Below, one piece after another: positions 29,021-36,354 of a DNA stretch of 64,000 nt. Source of the stretch: a virus. Its lineage: Duplodnaviria > Caudoviricetes. A model generated the notes under the pieces. The model did no database searches. It had not been told where the DNA came from and saw only the letters and a list, made by a program, of their open reading frames with translations. A program made the translations under genes and the position numbers. How positions within the stretch are numbered: the first letter of the stretch is position 1; each line of letters opens with the position of its first letter. The stretch covers positions 1 to 64,000 of the IMG/VR virus record IMGVR_UViG_3300033067_000833; one strand, 5' to 3'.

Positions 29021-29917
29021 ATGTCCGGCGACAGAATGCCTGTCGGCGGGTCCGTCATTTGGTGGCGGCTCGCCAAGAGCACCGCCTTGGATACGCTTTC
29101 GAGCGGGTTCAAGGCACTGGGGCTCGAAGATTACATCCCGGAGCCAAGGACCGCCATGTCCTGCCTTCGGGCCGCCTTGTCCGACCGCTACGAGGTCGAG
29201 GACAAGAAGACGGAGCGGCTGGTTGTCCGCTCTGTGCCCAAGGGCTTCGTGGTGGTCAAGGAACGCCCCAAGGACGACAAGCGCTCCGGCGACGACTGGG
29301 GCGAGGTCGTGGCCACGGTAAAGCTGTCCGAGGACGAGAAGGAAGTCCTGCTGGACCCGTGGGACCGGGACATCCATGACGAGATCGTGGCCGCCATGAC
29401 CGAGGCCAAGAAGTGGCTGTCGTCTGGTGCCGTGGGCGGCGCCCTGGTCAAGATCATCGAGGTCTGGGGGCTTTCCTTGCGTCCCAACGGCGGCGTGTAC
29501 TGGCTGCCCAAGGACATGGTGTCCTGCTGGGATGCCGTGTCCAACGTGATCGTCTCCGCGTCCGCCAAGAAGGACAAGGACGGCAAGGACGTGGACCCCA
29601 ATCGGGTGTTCAAGCTAAACGTCGAGGCGGACACCGACATGGTGGAAGCCATCGGGGACATCCTGCAGAACGAGGTCGAGTCCGAACTGTCCCGGATCGA
29701 GTACGAGTTGCAGAGCGGCAATCTGGGCCAGCGTGCCATCGAGACCCGTGAGGCCCGTGCCCAGCACTTGCTGAACAAGGTGTCCAAGTACGAGCAGGCT
29801 TTCCAGAAGAAGCTGGAGGGCTTGCAAGAGCAGTTTGCACGATCCGAGTCTGCCGCGGCGATGGCCAAACTGGCTGCCATCGTCAAGGCCGAGCAAGAAC
29901 AGGGGGTGGCGGCGTGA
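29021..29917 (+). CDS. conserved phage protein of the AAA/vWA module (DUF6744/DUF3150-like)
   Basis: GSVIWWRL...LSLRPNGGVYWLP pattern; C-terminal coiled coil; upstream of AAA and vWA genes. Confidence 0.55.
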   Translation: MSGDRMPVGGSVIWWRLAKSTALDTLSSGFKALGLEDYIPEPRTAMSCLRAALSDRYEVEDKKTERLVVRSVPKGFVVVKERPKDDKRSGDDWGEVVATVKLSEDEKEVLLDPWDRDIHDEIVAAMTEAKKWLSSGAVGGALVKIIEVWGLSLRPNGGVYWLPKDMVSCWDAVSNVIVSASAKKDKDGKDVDPNRVFKLNVEADTDMVEAIGDILQNEVESELSRIEYELQSGNLGQRAIETREARAQHLLNKVSKYEQAFQKKLEGLQEQFARSESAAAMAKLAAIVKAEQEQGVAA

Positions 29918-30128
29918 ACGATACCGTCACACTGATTGTCCGCTGGAGCCATGCACGCCTGATGTGGCAGATTCTGTCCGAAGATGAGACGGAACTGTTC
30001 TACGAGTCAACGTGCTACGATGACATCACGGATTGGCTGGATGCCCATGCCGATCTGTGCGACGAATAACCGTCTCGTGACGGTCTCCCCCGCCCTGTAC
30101 AGCCTTGGAGAAGCTGGCAGGGCGGTTA

Positions 30129-30170
30129 CATCCCCGATGGCGTAGGCGGGTTCGATTCCCGCCGGGGATG
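30129..30170 (+). ncRNA. armless tRNA-like minihelix (acceptor stem plus T-arm only)
   Basis: CATCCCC/GGGGATG 7 bp, GGCGGG TTCGATT CCCGCC, 9-nt linker GATGGCGTA. Confidence 0.7.
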
Positions 30171-30490
30171 CTTGCTACGATTCCGGCTGATCCCCGGAGA
30201 GCAACGCGAGAGTGCGGGATGGCACTGCCCAGAGCCCAGCGGCGATACAGCGGGACGAATTGGGCGGTCCATCATCCCGGATACCTGCGCCGCCAGTGTG
30301 ACTCTGGGGCGGGATGCTTCAGCGCGGAACGCCGCGCCGCTCCGATTGCGAAAGGATTCGCCAATGTTCGATTTGTGTTTCACCTGTGCCTGGGGTTCAT
30401 CGGCCATCGTGTGGCTGGTAGGCTTTGCGGTGTTCACTTGGACGCTGCAACGCAAGATCCCTGGGCTCGACGACTGAAGGGAGATTCGCC

Positions 30491-31564
30491 ATGTCCGACA
30501 GAATGCCTGTCACCACCTTTGCGCAGCTCAACAGCGTGCTGCGTGACCTGATGTCGGCCAATGTGCCGGCGCTGATCCTTGGCCCGCCGGGAGTGGGCAA
30601 GACCGCCTGCTGCCAAGGGCTGCCCGACTACGACGCCGGGGAGCAGTACCACGAGGTCCGGGCTATCTACCATCGCCCCGAGGACTTCAAGTTCCCGATC
30701 GTGGACGTGGCCAACCAGGCCATTTCCTGGATTCAGTCCGTCATGCCGACCGACCCCGCGTTCAAGGGAATTGTGTGCTTGGACGAACTGGGGCAGGCCG
30801 ACCGGGACGTTCAGGCCGCCATGTTCGGCATCCTGAACTTCAAGGAGCGCCGGATCGGCAACTACACCATGCCGGTGGGCGCCAAGGTGATCGCCACGTC
30901 CAACCGGGTGACGGACAAGGCCGGCGTGCAGAAGATGCTCACCCCGCTCTTGTCCCGCGTGTGCCAGTTGGACTTCGAGCCGGATACCAGCCGGGCGTTG
31001 GGCCAGCGGACGTTCCACGACGAACTGTGCGAGTTCCTGCTGGGCACCAACCTGCCGGCCGCCGACCATGTGGTTGGCTTCCTGCGGGCCTTCCCGCAAA
31101 GCGTGTTGACGTTCAACGCCGATCGGCCGTCCGACAGCGCCACGCCCCGTGGGTGGGAAATGCTGGCGGCGGCTCTGGCTCCCACTGTCCGGGAGACCGA
31201 CCGCATCATCGCGGACGGCATCGTGGGACCGAGTGCCGCTGTGGAGTTCACGACGTACCGGGAGATCGCGGTACAGATTGACCCCCTGGCGATCCTGGCG
31301 AATCCCAAGGCGGCCAGCGTGCCTGAGAATCAACCGTCCCTCATGTGGGCCACGGTGTCCTCTCTGACGGCCTGTGCGAAGAAGTGCGACGCCAAGCAGT
31401 TGAAGGCGATGGCGGAATACTTCTGCAAGTGCCCCGCCGAGTACGCGGTGTACGGGGCCAAGGACGCCACGGCCGCCACGCCGAACAACGGGTTCTTGCA
31501 GGCTGCTGGGCAGACGGACTTCTTCAAGAAGTATGGTCCGCTGTTAGTTCAGCCGGGAGCGTGA
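30491..31564 (+). CDS. MoxR-like AAA+ ATPase
   Basis: GPPGVGKT, VCLDEL, ATSNR, TPRGWE. Confidence 0.9.
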   Translation: MSDRMPVTTFAQLNSVLRDLMSANVPALILGPPGVGKTACCQGLPDYDAGEQYHEVRAIYHRPEDFKFPIVDVANQAISWIQSVMPTDPAFKGIVCLDELGQADRDVQAAMFGILNFKERRIGNYTMPVGAKVIATSNRVTDKAGVQKMLTPLLSRVCQLDFEPDTSRALGQRTFHDELCEFLLGTNLPAADHVVGFLRAFPQSVLTFNADRPSDSATPRGWEMLAAALAPTVRETDRIIADGIVGPSAAVEFTTYREIAVQIDPLAILANPKAASVPENQPSLMWATVSSLTACAKKCDAKQLKAMAEYFCKCPAEYAVYGAKDATAATPNNGFLQAAGQTDFFKKYGPLLVQPGA

Positions 31565-31565
31565 T

Positions 31566-32102
31566 ATGGCACAGCACTGGTTTCGCCGTGCAACGCCTGG
31601 AATGCAAGGCGTCCGCATGGCCGCTGAGTGGGAGCCAGTGGCCGATTCCGATGTGCCATTCGACGGCATTGTCACCAACCAAGCAAGGGTTTTATGGCAC
31701 GACGGCCTTCGACTTGCCAACGTCGCGTTTTTCAAAGGGTATCAGTGGGCTCGTGTCGAACTCAATGAGATCGAGTTGCTGCAAGCCTACTCGCACTGGA
31801 AACTGAAGCACTGACGGGTCTTTGCTGGTGCAGCCGGGAGCGTGATCATGCCCAAGCTGTGGTTCTTCAATGGAATCGGAGCGGTTGACAAGCCGCTCCT
31901 GGAAGTTCCGCCGAACGTTCCTGGGCTGAAGGACTGGATCGAGGCGCGGTTCTACTTGCGGCCTGGATGGCCAGACGAGATCAGCACGCGGTGGAACAAC
32001 GATGGGACGATCGACTTGACGCTGGAACTGCGGTTCCGGCTTCGTACTGTGGACGAGGTGACGGCGTTGCAAGCCATCGCCAAGGCCGAACTGAACAAGT
32101 GA
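31566..32102 (+). CDS. two small cassette-like genes (31566-31814; 31848-32102)
   Basis: Each is preceded by CAGCCGGGAGCGTGAT and followed by ACTGACGGG. Confidence 0.6.
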
Positions 32103-32460
32103 CTGACGGGGTGCGATACTCCGGCCTTCTGCGGAAGGCCGGCTATCCTGTTCCGTTTGTTCTAAACCATAGGAAACCGAGCGCATGTTCACACAAGAAG
32201 AATTGCTACAAATGGCAATTCGGGGAGAACGCCTGTACTTGGAAGGATTGAATATCCTGAAACAGTTTGAAGTGTGGGCGGAGAGTTACTACGGAAATCG
32301 GTCGCTAGGACGCGATCAAGAAATGTGGCGAGCATTTGACACGCTGATGTACCGAGTCAGCGGACATGCCATTGCCGGGGAGGATGACAGTGAGAATTCA
32401 CACTGAACGCTATCGCGGAAAGTTCCGCAAGAGGAAAGAGCAAGACTGCGGCCATGCTCG

Positions 32461-33912
32461 TTGCTGGCTGTGTCACGGGGAGAAACTGGCCCAACGTCCC
32501 CGCCGCCAAGAGATCCGGTCCAACGCCAACTTAAAGGAGATCGCGCAGTGCTTTACACAGGCCCAGTGTCAGCTTTAGTAGGCTCGATTCCGCTGAATGC
32601 CGCGGCACAGGCTGCCGACGCAAGAGCGGAAAGCAAATCAAATGACCCACTGGCCGCCCTGATGGAGACGGCCAAACGCAAGGACTGCGAGGACAAGGCC
32701 AAGCTCGCACTCTCGGCCGCCAAGGTGGCCCTGATGTGCGGGACGTGGCAGAAGAACCGCACGCCCGAAGCACTCGGCGCGTCGGCATTCTTCACCCGGC
32801 TTGTGCTCGCCCCCAAGTACGAGCCCTCGTGGGACATCCCCACGGCTTGCACCGATGGCGCGACCATCCGGTACAACCCGGAGTACGTTGCCACCAACAC
32901 CAAGCAGGTGATCGTGGGCCTGCTGGCAGAAGAAGGCGGACACGCGGGCTTTGGGCACCATGTCCGCATGGCGCACCTCGCCAAGCAGTACGGGGACGAC
33001 TACGACCCCAAGTTGGCGAATGTGGCCGCCGACCTGGCCCTGCTGGGACTGCTCAAGCAGGCCGGGTTCGACATCCCGGCCGACTGCTGCTTGCCGGGCG
33101 AGAAAGGCCCGTACAAGGACTTCCCGGTGGGCGAGGCGATGGAAGCCTACTACGCCCGGTTGCACCAGAAGCGATCCAAGGACAAGACCACGGACTGCCC
33201 AAAGGGACCGGGGCGTGGAGACATTCAGATGCCTCCCAATACGTCCGATGGAGGTCTCAAAAAGGAAATGCAGAAGTGCAAGGAGTGGCTACAAGCGGCG
33301 TCCCAAGAGGGGCATCGCCGCGGGCAGTTGCCGGGTGCCCTGGAGTACGCGGTCAGCACGGCACTGAAGCCGGTGATCGACGCACGGGAAGTGCTGGCAG
33401 AGTTCCTGAGCAAGTTCGCCGAGACCGACCGCTCGTGGCAGCGTCCCAACCGGCGGTACGCTTCCCAGGGGATCTACCTGCCGAGCGAGGCCGGACAGTC
33501 GCTTGGCCACTTGGTACTGCTCAATGACACGTCGGGCAGCTTGGACAACGACAAGGCCCGGCAGCGGTTCCTCGCGGAAGCGGTGGGCATGGTCAGCGCC
33601 TATCCGCTGACGAAAGTCACGGTGATCCATCACGACAGCGTGGTACAAGGCGTGGACGAATGGACGCCGGGCGAAGGCGGCGACCTGCCGTGGAAGCCCA
33701 AGGGCGGTGGCGGTACGAGCCACGTCCCTCCGTTCGACGCGATGTATGCGATGGACGAGTTGCCGGATCTGTGCATCGCCCTGACTGATCTGGAGACTGA
33801 GTTCCACCCTGACGCCCCGGACTTCCCGGTGCTGTGGTGTACCGTGAAGGACCACCCCATCCCGTATGGGCAGAAAGTTGACATCGGATCGCTCGGAGAC
33901 GAGTGCTGGTGA
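32461..33912 (+). CDS. vWA-domain protein with metallopeptidase-like N-terminus (true start probably near 32662)
   Basis: TACTDG..I.YNP, EEGGH..FGHH (HExxH-like, altered), DTSGS MIDAS, GGGGTS, LTDL. Confidence 0.85.
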   Translation: MLAVSRGETGPTSPPPRDPVQRQLKGDRAVLYTGPVSALVGSIPLNAAAQAADARAESKSNDPLAALMETAKRKDCEDKAKLALSAAKVALMCGTWQKNRTPEALGASAFFTRLVLAPKYEPSWDIPTACTDGATIRYNPEYVATNTKQVIVGLLAEEGGHAGFGHHVRMAHLAKQYGDDYDPKLANVAADLALLGLLKQAGFDIPADCCLPGEKGPYKDFPVGEAMEAYYARLHQKRSKDKTTDCPKGPGRGDIQMPPNTSDGGLKKEMQKCKEWLQAASQEGHRRGQLPGALEYAVSTALKPVIDAREVLAEFLSKFAETDRSWQRPNRRYASQGIYLPSEAGQSLGHLVLLNDTSGSLDNDKARQRFLAEAVGMVSAYPLTKVTVIHHDSVVQGVDEWTPGEGGDLPWKPKGGGGTSHVPPFDAMYAMDELPDLCIALTDLETEFHPDAPDFPVLWCTVKDHPIPYGQKVDIGSLGDECW

Positions 33913-34109
33913 CGAATACCCTATGTTGCGTTGTGGCCCCGCCAAGTTCCAGCAGCGAATGGTTTGTTCCAAGGCGGCTTTGATCGCTCGAATGCTTGGC
34001 CGGGGCCGCCGTCCTGAATAGGACGCTCGCCGCCGAGGTAGAAAGAGAGGAACGATGACTGAGCGAAGGGCGGTGCTACAGCGCCCGTGACCAATCTGTA
34101 GCATGTGCT

Positions 34110-34214
34110 GGGACCGTGGCGTAAATGGAAAACGCTGCTTTGCAAAGGGCACCTACCGCTGGTCAGCAGCGGGGCGCTGGAGCCAACATGCGGGTTCGAT
34201 TCCCGCCGGTCCCT
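34110..34214 (+). tRNA. non-canonical 105-nt tRNA-like gene (GCA/Cys-like irregular anticodon arm, expanded variable region, no encoded CCA)
   Basis: GGGACCG/CGGTCCC acceptor, GCGT/ACGC D-stem with GG in loop, GCGGG TTCGATT CCCGC T-arm. Confidence 0.6.
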
Positions 34215-34490
34215 CTGGAATCCAGCTTGCCGCCAGTGGCCCCGGTGATTCGCCGGGTGCCGATACTGGTGGGCGACGATGGTGAGCGTCCGGCATTACG
34301 CCAAAGCTTTCAGGTAGTTTTCCTGAGTACAGGACCGCAAGCTAAACTACCTGCATCTTTGGCCTAAGTGCTCCTTGTGGATTCCGCACGGTTTGCGCTG
34401 CCTGTGGATGGCCCGGTGACATCGCCGGGGACCGCAGAAGCAGGCGACGAAGGTAAATTTCTCGCATCGACAAATGGCGTACCGTGCTGA

Positions 34491-34529
34491 CGTGCGACTG
34501 GTCCCGCGGGTTCGAGTCCCGCACGCACG
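34491..34529 (+). ncRNA. T-arm minihelix / degenerate tRNA 3' half
   Basis: CGTGCG/CGCACG stem, GCGGG TTCGAGT CCCGC. Confidence 0.55.
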
Positions 34530-34704
34530 CCTTGACCGCCAGAGGATAGCTGGCTGGCACCAGGCCCCGGTGTATCGCCGGGGAACCGCCTGCATCCGAC
34601 TCTGGTTTTTTGGGCAGCGTCTCGAAAGGGACGTTCAGCGGAAACGCTGGCAATGCAGCCGCTCACAATGCGGCCGGAGTGTTTTTTCTGAAGGGAGTAT
34701 GACC

Positions 34705-34899
34705 ATGCTTGTTCTGACCCGCCACGACGGCCAGAAGATCGTCCTGCCCGCGTTGGGCGTGACGTTCACCGTCGTCCGCATCGAAGGGGACCGCGTGCGT
34801 ATCGGCATCGAGGCCCCGCGTGATGTGAAGATCCTGCGCAACGAGCATTTCCCCTTGAAGGCACTGGAGGATGACCATGACAGCGACCGCAACCCGTAA
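34705..34899 (+). CDS. csrA: carbon storage regulator, RNA-binding translational regulator
   Basis: MLVLTR...VRIGIEAPRDVKILRNE; GGGAG RBS. Confidence 0.9.
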   Translation: MLVLTRHDGQKIVLPALGVTFTVVRIEGDRVRIGIEAPRDVKILRNEHFPLKALEDDHDSDRNP

Positions 34900-35461
34900 G
34901 CGTGGCCTGCCGTTCAAGCGGCTGTCCAAGGCCGCCAAGGAGCGGGCCATCGAGTGGATGCGTGACAAGCTCAATGGCGACTGGTTCGACCCAGAACCGC
35001 TGACCGAACTGTTTCGAGAGCACCTTGCCGAGCACGGGTTCCCGAACATGGAGGCTTACTGGTCGCTGGGACACTGCCAGGGCGATGGCGTTGACATCGA
35101 GGGCTCGATCGACATCGGCAAGTTAGCCGAGACGGACGAGTTCGTGCTGACTTGTCTCGCCAAGGGCGTGCTGCTGGGTGTAGGAACCTTGGATGATTGG
35201 GACTTTAGCTGCAAAGTGAAGTGTAGCCGGGTCGAACTGGAATGGATGTGCTACAGCAACGCATTTCATGACTGTCAGAGTGCCGTTGACGACATTGGAC
35301 TGGCACTGAAAAAGCATCTGAATGACCTCATTTACAGCTTGCAACGGAAGCTCTCCAAGTACGGATACGACGAAATCAACTACCTGACATCCAAGGAGCG
35401 CGCCATCGAGAGCATCGAGGCCAACGACTACAGCTTCGACTGTGAAGGAGACATCCTGTGA
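34877..35461 (+). CDS. conserved phage hypothetical protein, translationally coupled to the RT
   Basis: FKRLSKAAKERA...YDEINYLTSKERAIESIEANDYSFDCEG; TGA overlaps the RT GTG start. Confidence 0.7.
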   Translation: MTATATRKRGLPFKRLSKAAKERAIEWMRDKLNGDWFDPEPLTELFREHLAEHGFPNMEAYWSLGHCQGDGVDIEGSIDIGKLAETDEFVLTCLAKGVLLGVGTLDDWDFSCKVKCSRVELEWMCYSNAFHDCQSAVDDIGLALKKHLNDLIYSLQRKLSKYGYDEINYLTSKERAIESIEANDYSFDCEGDIL

Positions 35462-36354
35462 CCAGACGCAAAGCCCGAACCCCGAAGCCCGAGTTCGACA
35501 TTCTCAAGATCAGCAAAGGCAATGGCAAGTTCCGCACGATTTATCGCCCCCGCCGGGACATCAAGGCGACGCTGCGGACCTACATCCCGGTCCTGGAGGA
35601 GATTGCCCTGAAGCTCTGCCCGCCCAACGTGGTGCATGGCTTCTGGCCCGCCCGCAACTGCGTGTCGAACGCGCAGATGCACGTTGGGACGTGGCGGTAC
35701 ACCGTCTGCATGAACCTGAAGGACTTCTTCGACCACTGCACAGACGCGATGCTGGGGCCTGCAATCGACCCGCAGCCAGCGTTTCACGGGAGCATCCCAC
35801 GGATACTGACCCCGGATGGTGCTTGCCGCCAGGGCCTGCCAACGTCCCCCGCCGCGGCCAACGTATGCTTCGCGGCGTGCGACCACGACATCATCAGCGC
35901 CCTCAAGGCGGCCGGCATCCAGTTCGTCTACTCCCGCTACGCCGACGACCTCACGTTTTCGGTGATGACACGGGAAGCGGTTGACGCGATACTGAGCATC
36001 GTTCCCAAGGTGGTCCGCGACCGTGGCTTCGTCCTGAACGAGAAGAAAACCCACGTCCAGTACGCCGGGGCCGGGCGTCGTGTGATTACGGGCGTCGCCG
36101 TGGACGAGACGAGCGTGTACCCCACGCGGAAGTCTCGCCGCCGGCTGCGGGCCGCCAAGCACAAGATGACCCTCCCGTGCAAGTACGGGGTGGGGCTGCA
36201 CCGCAAGCACCGGGCCGCTGGGCTCGCCGAGTGGTGCAAGTGCAAGCCGCCCATGTACGGGCGCAAGGCTCGTAAAGAGATGGCGGGCAATCCGGACGAG
36301 GCGTTGTTGATCGCTGCCAAGGCCAAGCAGTACGGAGTGCAGGATCATGCCTGA
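35458..36354 (+). CDS. retron-type reverse transcriptase (motif A Asp replaced by Asn)
   Basis: KGNGKFRTIYRP, HGF, NAQMH (retron region X), MNLKDFF, QGLPTSP, YADD, RVITG (region Y VTG-like). Confidence 0.9.
   Translation: MTRRKARTPKPEFDILKISKGNGKFRTIYRPRRDIKATLRTYIPVLEEIALKLCPPNVVHGFWPARNCVSNAQMHVGTWRYTVCMNLKDFFDHCTDAMLGPAIDPQPAFHGSIPRILTPDGACRQGLPTSPAAANVCFAACDHDIISALKAAGIQFVYSRYADDLTFSVMTREAVDAILSIVPKVVRDRGFVLNEKKTHVQYAGAGRRVITGVAVDETSVYPTRKSRRRLRAAKHKMTLPCKYGVGLHRKHRAAGLAEWCKCKPPMYGRKARKEMAGNPDEALLIAAKAKQYGVQDHA

Larger units (their letters stand above)
33913..34698 (+). ncRNA. about 780-nt highly structured non-coding block
   Basis: Continuous stems: 33933-34009, 34010-34025, tRNA-like 34110-34214, 34300-34363, three repeated hairpins, two GAAA tetraloop hairpins, terminator-like 34539-34611. 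Confidence 0.7.

Noticed and set aside
30144-30166. attP core derived from a tRNA 3' end
   Set aside because: Not asserted: no host junction is visible and the nearby recombinase is a serine type. Kept only as an alternative explanation for the minihelices.
32642-32662. MTHWPP mini-ORF coupled to the vWA gene start
   Set aside because: Too short to distinguish from chance, and the vWA start site itself is uncertain.
34612-34690. c-di-GMP-I riboswitch or hammerhead ribozyme
   Set aside because: GAAA tetraloops are present, but I could not match the conserved ligand-binding junction or the CUGANGA core.
33913-34698. CRISPR array
   Set aside because: Only three 17-19-nt hairpin copies with about 140-150-nt spacers; no cas genes and no constant repeat-spacer period.
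31535-36354. Diversity-generating retroelement
   Set aside because: The RT has retron X/Y motifs, and the only near-duplicate pair (31535 vs 31816) is about 30 nt and differs at non-adenine positions.
35458-36354. Group II intron RT
   Set aside because: Only 298 aa, no maturase domain X or endonuclease, no domain V/VI downstream, and it is translationally coupled to its neighbours.
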